Assembly: GCA_022813965.1 (NCBI GenBank)
Contig: JALDZS010000039.1
Span: 124,001 to 149,962, forward strand
DNA length: 25,962 nt
From: Toensbergia leucococca
Lineage: Eukaryota
Direction: 5' to 3'
Positions within the stretch are counted from its first letter, which is position 1, and each line of letters opens with the position of its first letter. Position numbers and translations under genes: made by a program. The notes beneath the pieces are model-generated. The model was not told the origin of the DNA. It searched no databases and saw only the letters and a program-made list of their open reading frames with translations. Positions 11,851 to 24,169 of the stretch are shown here, one piece after another.

Positions 11851-12433
11851 ATGGACGCTCTCATACTACTCTACTTGTAGAAATTGAAATGCTCTGATGT
11901 AGGCGCGCCGTAGCTTCAACGCGTTGACTCATGGAATGTCTCACCACTTGAATTGTTTTTACTTCTTCAAATACGGAGTAGATGTATGCGTTCTCTTTCA
12001 TATGTATCAACTTGATGGGTACGTAATGATTCCAGCATCGTACACATATCTAAATTGCGTTTCAATGAATAATCCTTGTCTGTAGTTCTGGGTACAAGGG
12101 AAGGGCGGCGTGAACATTCTCAAGTCACTGTTGTCACATGAAAGGAGTGAAGCTCAAAATTGCTTTATTGATTGATAAGATCCCTATCCGTCCCTACGGA
12201 ACTAGGTACCTCGGTACGTACCTAATTGAAGAGCAAACAGATCAAACACCAAATAAGTCGCGCTAAGAAATTCCGAGCTCCTGACGAGCTCTTTACCCAT
12301 TCCTCATCTCAACGGTCATGCGAAACTTGGAACTGTTACCTCTGCCTCCGCTTTCACCATCTGTGACGCTCTTCTCGGATCATAATGCCCGTGTTCGCTG
12401 TCAACTTTGACTAGGTCTGCCCACACTGCCAGC

Positions 12434-15400
12434 ATGTTTAACTTTACTCCCCTGCTAGGCGCGCAATCGGATTCATCAGCCTCGCAATCATTACTAGAGC
12501 TTGAGGGTGGTGTCAAGGTGCTCATAGACGTTGGGTGGGATGAAAACTTCGACGTGGCCCAGCTGCAGAGCTTACAGAGGTAGGTGGCTTACACGACTCT
12601 TGGGATCTCTGTTCTTAGAGAAAGACTCAATCTAGAGTCTAGGCTGAATGTTATCTGTACATACCATACATACATCCAATCAAGTTCATGTCCTTTGCGT
12701 GACTGTGTTTTCAGGACCTGCTGCTGAATTCGTCTACGATGACTGACGATCCGAAAATCCTCCAGAAATATTCCAAGTCTCTCTATTATCCTACTCACCC
12801 ATGCAACTCCTGCACACATAGCAGCCTTCGCTCACTGTTGCAAGAATTTCCCGCTTTTCACCCAGATTCCCATCTACGCCACGACACCCGTCATCTCACT
12901 CGGCCGAACTCTACTACAAGACATCTACTCATCGACACCTCTTGCCTCGACTATCATACCAAAGAATTCTCTCGGCGAAGCTTCGTTCCTCTATACGCCC
13001 ACGACTCAAGACAACTCTCTGCAGATCTTGCTACAGCCACCTACGTCCGAAGAAATTGCATCTTATTTTTCATTAATACATCCACTGAAATACTCTCAAC
13101 CACACCAGCCTTTACCATCACCGTTTTCGCCACCACTAAATGGCCTCACCATCACGGCTTATAATGCAGGGCATACCCTTGGGGGAACAATATGGCACTT
13201 ACAGCATGGAATGGAATCAATCGTCTATGCTGTGGACTGGAATCAAGGACGAGAGAATGTTCTCAGCGGGGCTGCTTGGCTCGGTGGGTCTGGAGCAGGT
13301 GGCGCCGAGGTTATCGAGCAGCTTCGCAAGCCTACGGCATTGGTTTGCAGTGCGAAGGGAGTCGAGAAGAACCCTCTGGCCGACGGACGAAAAAAGCGCG
13401 ATGAACTGCTCTTAGAGATGATTTCTTCTGCCGTAGCCAAAGGAGGAACGGTACTGATACCTACGGACACCAGCGCCAGAGTGCTAGAGTTGGCATATTT
13501 ATTAGAGCATGCTTGGCGAAAAGAAGTCTCGAATAGCGCCAGCGACAGTCCTTTGAAGACAAGCAAGCTATATCTAGCAAGCAGAAATGTTGGGGCAACT
13601 ATGAGATATGCCCGAAGCATGCTTGAGTGGATGGACGAGAATGTGGTCCGAGAGTTAGAAGCCGAAACGGGCAACGCTGGAGATCGACAACATAAACGAA
13701 CAGACAGCAAGCAAACGTCCACTCGAGAGAAAGACCAATCAGCCGGAAAGCCAAGCGGTCCATTTGATTTCAAGCACCTGAAGTTAATAGAGCGCAAATC
13801 TCAAGTAGAAAAATTAACCTCGAAAAAAGCTGCTAGAGTCATCCTGGCGAGTGACACATCCTTAGAATGGGGGTTTTCAAGAGAGATTCTCCAGAAAATA
13901 GCGACAGAGCCCTCGAATCTGATAATATTGACAAAGGACTACGGTACTAACCAGAGAGACAATCACCAGCAGGATGGGCTCGGTCGGACTTTGTGGCGAT
14001 GGTATCAAGAAAGGAGAGATGGCGTGGCTCTAGAGACTGGCTTGGATGGACAGAATTTAGAGCAAGTCCATACTGGTGGCAGAGACCTGATATTTAACAA
14101 TGCTGAAAGAATTGCACTGGAAGGCAAGGAAATATCGATATATCAGCAATACCTCGCCACCCAGAGCCAGCTTCGAGGAAGTCTGCAGCTAGGTAACGGT
14201 ACCAATCTGGAAACCTCTGCAGATGCACTCGACGAGACATCTTCCACTAGTTCGTCTTCTACTGAGGAGTCAGATCCAGAGCGACAGGGAAAAGCGCTGA
14301 ACACATCCGCTACCTTAGCGCATTCTGGTCGGAATAAGTCGGGACTAAATAAAGAAACTCTAGGTGTCAATATTCTCCTTCGCCAAGTGGGTGTCTATGA
14401 TTACGATGTTCGGGGAAAGAAGGGCAGAGAGATGATTTTTCCTTTCATTAGCAAACGAAGGCGAGGCGATGATTTTGGAGATTTGATCAGACCAGAAGAG
14501 TATTTGAGAGCCGAGGAACGCGATGAGGTCGATGGTCAGGACATGCGAGACAATGCGTCGGGAAAGCAGATCGGACTTGGCCAGAAACGAAAGTGGGAGG
14601 ATTCGGGATTGCAAATGGGCACTGGAAGACGCAATTCTGTTGGAGCTAGCAAGCGAAGACGTAAAGAAGCAGATTCATCTACCAATATAACGATCGGCGA
14701 AGCGAATGGTGATGTCCCTGTCAATGGCCATGGAGCGGGTGAAGAGGACGAGTCTTCGGATGGATCAGACGAGGAGCCTGAAGAGTTTACAGCTGGTCCC
14801 TCTAAGATCATTTTCAACATGACATTAGTCCAATCCAACCTCAGGATTGCGTATGTCGATTTTGCAGGCATCCACGATCAACGAAGCTTATCAATGTTGA
14901 TTCCTTTGATACAACCAAGAAAACTCATACTCATTGGCGGTAATGCTTCAGAGACTGCATTTCTCGCCGAGGAGTGCAGGCCAAAAGTCAATTCTCGGTC
15001 TATTAGTAATCGTGAGGAGGACATAGATGATGTTCTGACTCCAGCCAACGGACAAACTGTAAGCGCAAGTGTGGACACCAATACCTGGACCGTTAGGCTC
15101 AGTGAAGCTCTCGCGAGGCGCTTTCATTGGCAGAACGTCAGAGGTCTAGGTATCGTTACTCTTATGGGTCGCTTGGATGCAAGAGCTGCGGACGAGCAGC
15201 CACAAGCCGATTCTATGAGAAAGAGACGGAAATTATTGAAGACCGAACCCGAGAATCTTACAACCGAGGAAGTGTCTGTGGAATCTGAAAACACGATGGA
15301 GCTGACCCCTACCCTTGATGTCTTGCCTGCCAGTATGGCAGCAGCCACACGATCCGTGGCTCAACCTTTGCACGTTGGCGATCTGAGGCTAGCGGACCTT

Positions 15401-15622
15401 AGAAAAATTCTTCAATCGAATGGGCATCTCGCGGAATTCAGAGGCGAAGGAACACTGCTCATCGACGGACTCGTGGCGGTACGGAAGTCTGGAACTGGAA
15501 GGATTGAGGTTGAGGGTGGTGGTCTTGAGGTGCCAGAGACTCGAACCAGGGAATTTGAGGGATCATTTTACGCTGTGCGGCGCAAAATCTACGAAGGTCT
15601 TGCCATCATCGCTGGTGGATAG
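12434..15622 (+). CDS. CFT2: Cleavage and polyadenylation specificity factor subunit 2 (CPSF100/Cft2), about 1000 aa; join(12434..12579,12766..15622)
   Basis: MFNFTPLLGAQS..LLELEGGVKVLIDVGWD, ILLTHAT..H (degenerate metallo-beta-lactamase site typical of CPSF100), NAGHTLGGTIW, YAVDWN, GGTVLIP..SARVLEL, DDFGDLIRPEEY, IQPRKLILIGG, LHVGDLRLADL..AEFRGEGTLLI. Confidence 0.96.
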
Positions 15623-16260
15623 TAAGACATACTTATACCCTGCTTCGGCGTTTGACTTCCTAAGTACGTGCCTCTCATGGGTTCAACATAGGTTCTATAC
15701 ACTTCTATAACCTCTTGAATGGATTGAGGGGAAAGAGGACCATGTGCGGAGCGGCTTTCACCTTGAGTGGAAAGCTTCAGGAGACAGTACGTGGTTGTTC
15801 ATCTTGTGTGCAATCTACCAAAGACTGTTGTACACAGTTCATCACTGTTTGCTACAGACACTTCACGGTCTAGTCCATAACCGAGTACATCGCCTTCCAC
15901 TGACTAAGCCAATTCACCAATTCAAGCCGTGAACACATAAACAAACCAGTTCGTAACCGGTGAATGCCAGCAGTGTTATGGAAATCTGGGTCATCGATTT
16001 CCATTCATTGGCAGGAGTCATGTACAGTACCCTCTGGGAGGGCTTAAATGGCCACGATTTCCCCAGCAATTCCGCCCTTCTCTCTCTCCTCAGAGCCATT
16101 CCTCAGCATCCTGTTAGCATTACCTCTCTCGACAATACTCAAATATATCCTACAATTACAGATAGACCCTACGTCCTTCTCTCCCAACCCGCTTTACATG
16201 CTGCAGGCTTTTACTTCGCCCCACAACAAGGCAACAACGACCTAGCAATCGCAAATTGAG

Positions 16261-16872
16261 ATGAGTGGCTCTAATCGATATTACATGACAATAAACGGAC
16301 TTCCTCCAAATGGCGGCGTACCTCCTGGACTAGCGTTCAAGGGACGTCCACAAGGTCGAAACCCTGCACCACCACCACCGCCATATATTCCTGCAGCCCC
16401 GAATATGAATCAACCTGCAGCACGACAGGGTAGGGCCATAGCCCACATTTCCCCACCTCCAGCAGCCTCGGTACCACCAGCTGATCCTCCTTACGCTTTG
16501 CCTCCAGGCGCCAGTCTACATGGGTTAGGTTTGGACTTCCCGAATGGAATGGGATATTTCTTCCCTCCACGTGAGCAGCATACAGTCATTCATGTGATGG
16601 ACAATTATTATCTTCCATGGATTGAACCTCAAAAATTCCATTTCACGACCTACACAGTTACGTCTCTGCTGACTGTCCAGACTCTGATATGTCAGCTCGG
16701 AGGGTCTGGAGTCTCGGAGTGCTTCGAGCTTGGCGATGGTGCATGGCTCAAAGGGCCAACGTTCATGAAGAATGAGAAGGTTTCGGAACAGACCTTGGGT
16801 GCTCTGGGCTGGGATAATTCGAGGGGACAAGAGCAGAATTCGGTGTGGCTTGCCGTGCAAAAGGCCGGGTAA
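16261..16872 (+). CDS. Hypothetical protein (203 aa) with a proline-rich N-terminal half and a globular C-terminal domain
   Basis: Intronless ATG..TAA ORF. The C-terminal half looks structured (HTVIHV, TVQTLICQLGG, ECFELGDGAWLKG, LGALGWD..RG..VWL). No function recognised. Confidence 0.75.
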   Translation: MSGSNRYYMTINGLPPNGGVPPGLAFKGRPQGRNPAPPPPPYIPAAPNMNQPAARQGRAIAHISPPPAASVPPADPPYALPPGASLHGLGLDFPNGMGYFFPPREQHTVIHVMDNYYLPWIEPQKFHFTTYTVTSLLTVQTLICQLGGSGVSECFELGDGAWLKGPTFMKNEKVSEQTLGALGWDNSRGQEQNSVWLAVQKAG

Positions 16873-17632
16873 AGATTGATTGGAGGATAGAAGGTCAGGG
16901 AGCATCTCGCAGGCGTTGATTGCATTTTCCTTGTTGAGAAGTGCTTGGCTGCATCAGAGGATGGCAGTTTGCAAGGGACATAATGGGGCGTGGGTGGGAT
17001 CAAGAGTAGTGGAATGCGGCATTTGTTCTTTGTCATAGTCGACAGTGTATGCTTATTGTTTTGGATATCTCTGATGGTCTTGCTATCGATTGGTTCTACG
17101 CACTGTTTTCTTTTCAATTCCGAAGGAATATGTATCTGGTCAGTAGCCCCCTAATCAAGGAGTCTACAAGTAAGAACAACTACTTCCGACCACGTGCCGA
17201 ACAAAGTCAAAGTGAGGGCATTATTAGTCAAGCATGCTATCAGGCGGCATATGACAGTCGTAGACGTCTGAGGTTGATAAGGTGTTCGGCAGGACTCCCC
17301 TATTGCAGTAAGATGGCTGTTGTGCTCCCGAGAATGACACTACAGTAGTATCCGCACAACAGTTGGAGATACCTGGATCATGTCTCCACCCTATCCGACC
17401 ATCGTCTTTCCCCTTGCTTAAAGGGGCAATCCTAAGCGTGGCAGTTTGTGTATGACGACCAACTGTTGGAGCTAGGGAACGTGGACGGGGTAGATCTTTC
17501 CATATCAACAGCATTGATGTATCATCCAAAGGCAAGCAAGCCTTACGTTTCCCAATCAATCTCTTAATTCATAGAGGAGCTTCTCATCTCTCACTCTTTA
17601 ACAACAAGAGCAACAACTAACATTGTATTATC

Positions 17633-19899
17633 ATGTCTACAGATCAGATCCCGTGGAGACTTGCGGAGGATGTTGCCAAGCACATCGCCGGTCATCCACT
17701 GGCACCCTTGACGGCCTCTGAGATCAGCAGGAGCTCAGACCTGGTCAAGGCCCTGTTCCCGTCCGAGACCAACCTTCAGTTTAAAGCTGTCACTCTAGAG
17801 GAACCACTCAAAGCACAGTTGGTGCCGTACTTGGAACACGAACATAATGGGCGAAAGGTCTCACATATTGACAGAAAGGCCTTTGTTTCTTACTACATAC
17901 GCAACACTGTGAGTGGCAAGAACCCACAGCAACGAGCACTGTGTTCAACGCCACAGCGTTGACTAATAAAATGGGGTTCTGCTCAGAACAAATTCCACGA
18001 AGCCATTGTAAATCTTTCGAGGCAGCATGTTGAGAGTAATGTGCGCTTGGGACCAAACATCCATAGCCCTGGCGACTCGGAGGAGATTCTCCTCATAGAG
18101 AAGATTGCACTAGAAGACGAGGCAGTGAAAGCAGAGCTCGCCAAACTTCAGCTTCCGGAAGGCACCGTCGTTATCAGCGACCCGTGGATCTACGGTAGTC
18201 CTTCTGTTTTCAATGGCAGTCCTGGCGGATGTTAACTCAAAACAGGATCCGATGGCGTCGATGATCACAGACGAATGTATCAATGCTATCTATATATGCG
18301 AGACCCTATGGACCCATCCAACGCCGACTCGAATCATTACGCCTTTCCCTTGGCTATTTCCCCCGTAGTGGACACCGTGGAAAACAAGGTCATACGAATT
18401 GATATTGTTCCCACTGGAATCGACAACACTATAAAGGAGACTCAGCCGTACAAAGTACAACCACCAAACGAGTACACATCGGAACACCAAGCATTACGGA
18501 CCGATCTCAAACCTCTGAATGTCATGCAGCCCGAGGGGGCAAGCTTCACAGCTACACAAGCAGGGGAGACAGGAGAGATCATCGAATGGCAGAAATGGTC
18601 CTTCAGAGTTGGTTTTAATCAACGTGAGGGTATGGTGATATATGATGTAAGGTTCACTTGACAACCTTACAGCTGGCTAAAGCTCACATATATTTGTAGG
18701 TCCGATACGATGATAGAAGCCTGTTCTACAGACTATCACTGTCAGATATGAACATCCCATACGCCGATCCTCGAAGTCCAATCCACAGAAAAGCAGCTTT
18801 CGACCTCGGCGACGTTGGTGCAGGGACGATGGCTAATAACCTAAAGCTTGGATGTGATTGTCTTGGTTCGATCCATTACCTCAGTGCAGTCCTTTCGGAC
18901 GACAAGGGTCAGCCATTCCCAATGGAAAATGTGGTTTGCGTCCATGAGCAAGATGCTGGCATCGGTTGGAAGCACACCAATTATCGAACGGGTAGAGCTG
19001 CTGTTGTGCGGAATCGAGAGCTTGTTGTTCAGTCGATCATCACCGTTGCAAATTACGAATACATAATGGCATTCATTTTCAACCAAGCTGGTGAAGTCAC
19101 CTACGAGATCCGCGCCACGGGTATCCTCAGCACACAGCCTATTGACGAGGGCATCGACGTACCTTGGGGCACTGTGGTGCACCCTGGAGTCCTTGCCACG
19201 TACCATCAACATATATTCTCCCTTCGGGTCGATCCAGCAATTGAAGGCCACGATAATCGACTTGTCTATGATGAAGTACACCCAATGGCTCGTTCCGAAT
19301 TCAATCCCCATGGTGTTGGCTACACTGTGAAGGAGACTGTAGTAGAGGAGTCTAGCGGCCTGGATATAGATTACGATTCAAATCGGACCTTTCAAATCCA
19401 GAATGTATCGGTGAGAAACCCGGTCAATGGCAAGCCAGTGGCATACAAGATCCACGCTCCAGCATTCCAGAAAATGGTTTCCGACCAAGACAGCTACAAC
19501 CACAAGAGAGCTGAATTTGCCGATCACAACATATACGTGACGAAATACCAAGACGGCGAGCTTTACGCGGGTGGTAAATACACCAATCAGTCGAGGGGCG
19601 GTGAAGGGGTACGAGCATGGGCGGGCCGCAAGGAGAATGTTAAAGATACTGATCTTGTGGTTTATGTACAACTGGGGTTGCAGCATATTCCCCGGATAGA
19701 GGATTTCCCAGTGATGCCATGCGAGATTCTCAAGGTAGCATTCAAGCCGGTTAACTTCTTTGACAAGAACCCGGCGTTAGACGTACCTCCGTCTAGTCAG
19801 GATTTCAATCAGTCTTCCCTGGTGTCGCAGCATCCTCAGGCTGCGGCAGAGGCCATGACGGGTGAGAAGGGAGAGGTCTGTTGTTCCAGCAAGCTATGA
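17633..19899 (+). CDS. Copper-containing (TPQ) amine oxidase, predicted peroxisomal, about 694 aa; join(17633..17908,17987..18194,18246..18646,18700..19899)
   Basis: HPLAPLT..EI, DPWIYG, WQKW.FR.GFN.REG, AFDLGD (catalytic Asp), LGCDCLG, TVANYEY (TPQ consensus, NYEY at 19051-19062), HQH and GLQHIPRIEDFPVMP copper ligands, C-terminal SKL. Confidence 0.96.
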
Positions 19900-20368
19900 A
19901 GATGGATTTGCCTGGATATGTAGCTGGCTCTACATGTCTCTATGAATAGGTAGTAAGACTTAATAAAAAGAATAATGCAAGTCTAGCTTGCAGTTTGATA
20001 TACGAGTAGAGTGCTTACCTAACAGTTCAAGAATATAGGACAACCAATGAGCGACTAGGACTAGACGGTTGCATGGTCATGGAAAAGCAAAAAATGGGTA
20101 TTTGAGGTCCGTTGCCGTTATCTACCAACGGCTATCTTGCAGCAGGAGCAGGGGAAAAGAAAAAAAAAGAAAAAGAAAAGCTTATCAAGCCGATATCAAC
20201 ATCGGCACCCCACACTATTCAATTGTTTTATCTACCTATATACACACGTCATTGTTGACACTGCGGGGCTCTATTTACTCTCCTCCATTGTCAAGGAACG
20301 GCCTCAAGACTTCTTACACCAGCAATTGAAGCATTCCAAAAAAAAACCCCCCTTCAAGGCCCCCAACT

Positions 20369-22296
20369 ATGCCTCCAAAACGCACGTCTAAACCCAACCC
20401 CCACCCCATCCCCCCTTTAATCCCATGAAAAATTGACCAACAGCCACAGGCGCCCTCTGCTGCATCTCCGTGGACATTGACGCCGTCGCGGGCTGGCTCG
20501 GCTCCTACGGCGGCGAGGATTCCACCAGTGACATTTCTCGCGGTAGGTAAATTTGTGTTTTATTCCCCCCCCCCCCTTTTTCCTTTTTCCTTTTTCCTTT
20601 TCGTCCCCGTGAGCGCGGGTTCACGTGGGGAACTTGTTCTTCTTTTTTTTTTTTTTTTTTTCCCCCTACTGACCCGGATTTTATTTGCGCGCAAAAAGGC
20701 CTCTTCGCCGGAACCGTGGGCGTGCGCAGGCTGTTGAAGCTGTTTGCCAAGTATGATATCAGGACCACTTGGTTCATTCCTGGGCATTCGCTTGAGACGT
20801 TTCCGGAGGAGTGCGCGCTGGTGAGGGATGCGGGGCATGAGATGTGCGTTTTGTTTTGCCTTTTTTTTTTTTTTTTTTTGATGATTTCTTTCAACGAAAC
20901 CCCGCCCCCCACCCCCAGGGTTGAAAAGTTTCTCTCCCTTTTCCCCCGTTGTTGAATTTGGGGGCTGATGTGGGGGGAGCTTGAAATCATTTTTTAATTT
21001 TTTTTGCCCCGCTCCGAAAAAAAGTGGTCTCCATGGTTACTCGCACGAGAACCCCGCCGCCATGAGCATCGAGCAACAGCACGCCATCCTCGACAAGACG
21101 TACAAACAGCTCACCGACTTTTGCGGCAAGCCCCCGCGAGGCTCCGTGGCGCCCTGGTGGGAGGCCAGCCAGGAAGGTGCGGAACTGATGCTGAAATATG
21201 GCGTTGAATACGGTAGGGGCGATCATTCCCCCGTCATAGAAACCTTCCCCCCCATCCGACTAATTGAAACACCCCTTCTCTCAATGGAAAAGACCACTCC
21301 TTCTCTCACCACGATTGCCTCCCTTACTACCTCCGCACTGGCGACAGCTGGACTCCCATCGATTACAGCAAACACCCCTCCCACTGGATGAAACCGCTCT
21401 CAAAGGGGCAGCAAACCGGCCTCGTCGAGATCCCCGCCAATTGGTACCTAGACGATGTAAGTTGTTCATGCCAGCCTCAGCATAGGTAAAATACACTTCG
21501 TTGTCGTTCTCAATCTTTGAGAATGTAACATGATAGAATGCTTTTTGTGTTTAATTGGGGCTGCGTATATGACACACCCATCATCTCCACATCCCTAAAG
21601 TAGTACCAAACACAACCTTCATGCTTTGAAATTCTTTCTTCGGCTCAGTGGTAACACCCTTTTTTCCAACTCAGTTACCTCCCATGCTCTTCATCAAGAA
21701 AGCACCCAATTCCCACGGGTGGGTGAGCCCCAAAGTTGTGGAAGAGCTGTGGCGCGACCACTTCGACTATTTCTACCGCGAGCACGATGACTTTGTCTTC
21801 CCAGTCACCATCCACCCGGACGTAGCGGGCCATCCGCATGTGATTTTCATGCTCGAACGGTACAGCTCCCGCTCCCCCCTTTTCCAAACTTTTTAGAAAA
21901 AAAATTTCCTCCGAGAGAGAGAAACGGAATTGTTATGGGACTTTTTTTCTACTTTCCTTTTCATTTTTGTTTTTGTGTGTGGTGGGGGACTGACGTGTAT
22001 TTGTTTGTTTCCCCAAAATCTAGCTTGATCGAGTACATCAGCACCAAGCCCGGCGTCGAATGGGTCAAAATGGAAGACATTTGCGCCGACTTCAAGAGCA
22101 AGAATTCGCCGCCACCGGGCGCGCTGATGCCCGCGGCTCAGGGTGCCATTCTCCAGGATCCGGGTAAGTTGGGCACTCGGGACTTTTTTTTTCTCTCTCT
22201 CTTTTGAATAATATGGTGTCTTTTTGTTTTGAACTCTGATCCCTTTGTGTTGATTTTTTGATGGGTTTGGTAGATATCATGCTCCGAACCGCCTAG
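20369..22296 (+). CDS. Polysaccharide deacetylase family protein (CE4/NodB homology, PuuE/HpPgdA-like), no signal peptide, about 316 aa; join(20369..20381,20450..20542,20699..20843,21025..21212,21293..21456,21675..21859,22024..22163,22274..22296)
   Basis: [38 protein letters not shown] (metal-binding HxxxH), [28 protein letters not shown]. Seven introns give an in-frame 951 nt; the first requires a GC donor. Confidence 0.92.
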
Positions 22297-22597
22297 AGCA
22301 CTTACCTACCTGCCTACCTGAAAGGCCAAATCAGATCTCTATTGCTGCAGTGGTTTCTTTTTTGGGGCAGAGGGGGATGGGGGAGAGGGGACCCGGGAGC
22401 TGGGAAATAGTGGAGGGAGGGGGGGGAGGGGGGGAGGGGTTTGATGAAGGTTGGAGATTTATGATAGTTCTGTAAGATGGCAATGAGCGCCTATCAACGC
22501 AGATCCGAGGGACATGTATGAGCTTGATTCAGTGCTAAGGATGTACTGCAGAGTTGGAATCTAATCTCAAGGCTTCGTTGGCCTCATATTCTAGATC

Positions 22598-24169
22598 CTA
22601 CATTTCCGAGGTATATTCGTAAGGTCCGTTCGGGAAGAGTCTCGGGAAATCACCACCGCGTAAAGCATAATTTTTGATTTCCATCCTGTATTTCTTCGTC
22701 CGTCTTCAAGGACATGATTGGTTGGTAGCAAAAGGCGCATTTTCCCATTGGTCATCAGTCAGATTTTTCGAGGGTGAACATCGTTCAGGTTGGATGTTTC
22801 AACCAGCTGGGTGGATAATGGACCCGCCCATGTACCACCCATCTTTGAGGTGTAGGTTTTCTTGAAGTGCAAGTAAACGACACAGCTTCGATGAGATGAC
22901 GGGAGCCACTTCAAAGATTTCTCGGAGACGGTGCATCGACTTTGAATGTTACCGAGGTCAAGTGTGGGCCCATGCGACATAGTCTGCGTGGTAGGGCGAT
23001 CCTAGTGATCCGGGTTGGTTCATCGCTGAAGATGTTACGCATGGGCTCTCTAGGAAGTCATTTTTGCGAATGTTCCGATATGGTCGTGTGAAGTGATAGT
23101 CATAGTGTATCAAGATTCTCGGGCAGAAGCTAGGCAGTCAGCTACACAACTTGGCGATCCTGCGGGTTCCCAATGATGTCTGTAGCTGAGTAGTGTATTG
23201 GCCAGTTGGATGTGTTTCGGGTGAAAGAATGACACTTGTGCCTGGATAGAGCCGATTGATGTCCAAAATATGGGGAGAATGTCGCTGGCTCGGAGTGTCT
23301 CGATTGGATTGGAACTTCTACTCGTGATGAAAAAGTAGACTTTGCCATTGATGGCTGAGAGAGTTTGGTGCCCATTGTAAAGATATACAGGGATAAAATA
23401 TGGTCTGGGTGATCTTAAAGGTAGCGGGAAAATCTGTGCAGTCTACTGCTAAGAAATTGGGGGAACAGTACAGACTAAATGTCATAGAAGCGGGTCAAGA
23501 AAACAAGAAAACAAGAAATCGATTGACAATGCGCCAATTAAATAAAGAATGGCAAAGCACTCACTTCCTAGCTTCTGTGTGGTGTGCCTGAGCATCAGGA
23601 CGAATCAAGGTTGCCTCCTCGACATTGCGCCAAAATGTATGGGAACTAGATGCAGGAAAGTCTTTGCTTTGATCCTGACCACATCGAGCAGGACGTACTT
23701 CCAAACTCCGCACGCGGGTGAGTAACCTGAGGGCTATTCTAAGAGCTTCTATGTCACCGCAAGACACAAGCGACTGTTTTTGCTCATTGTAGAATCGGCG
23801 GTACTGCCAATAACGAATTGATAATTGTTCTTCTGACAAATCAAGCTCCGGATTCTGCAAATCAGCCTGACCGCCGACATTCATGAATTCAGGATGAATG
23901 GAAGCAGCCCAAGCTCGAAGGTCCTCAAAATCTTCCATTATATCGTTGACGTAGACGAGACCTTTCACAAGGAGTCTGAGATGTGACTGTGCAATCTTGC
24001 GGACCTTTTCCAGAGAGTCGGGAAAGAGTCCGACCCAGACCTCCCCAAACAACATTGGTGATGCTATCTGAGAGAATTGCTTGCTTGACAAGCGTAATGC
24101 CTTTAGAGTTGGTATGCTACATTCTTGGATGATCCACGTTTGAAGCTCGACCGGGAGAGAGGCCATCAT
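22598..24169 (-). pseudogene. F-box domain gene, 5' 202 codons open and 3' part apparently degraded by stops and frameshifts
   Basis: N-terminal F-box-like LPVELQTWIIQECSIPTLKALRLSSKQFSQIASPMLF. Downstream on the same strand are interrupted remnants in shifting frames: LASA/ENLDTL*LSL, TVSEKSLKWLPSSHRS..ALQENLHLKDGW, and EIKNYALRGGDFPRLFP...* ending at 22598. Confidence 0.6.

Noticed and set aside
12203..12224. Small inverted repeat taggtac...gtaccta upstream of CFT2
   Set aside because: A 7-bp stem can arise by chance; no function can be assigned.
12790..12822. Missing HxHxDH metal motif in the beta-CASP protein
   Set aside because: Expected for CPSF100/Cft2, the catalytically inactive subunit; not pseudogenisation.
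17657..17686. PTS2-like RLAEDVAKHI at the amine oxidase N-terminus
   Set aside because: Spacing is RL-x6-HI rather than RL-x5-HL; the C-terminal SKL is sufficient to explain targeting.
13243..19686. Antisense ORFs within CFT2, the hypothetical gene and the amine oxidase
   Set aside because: Shadow ORFs of well-supported sense-strand coding regions.
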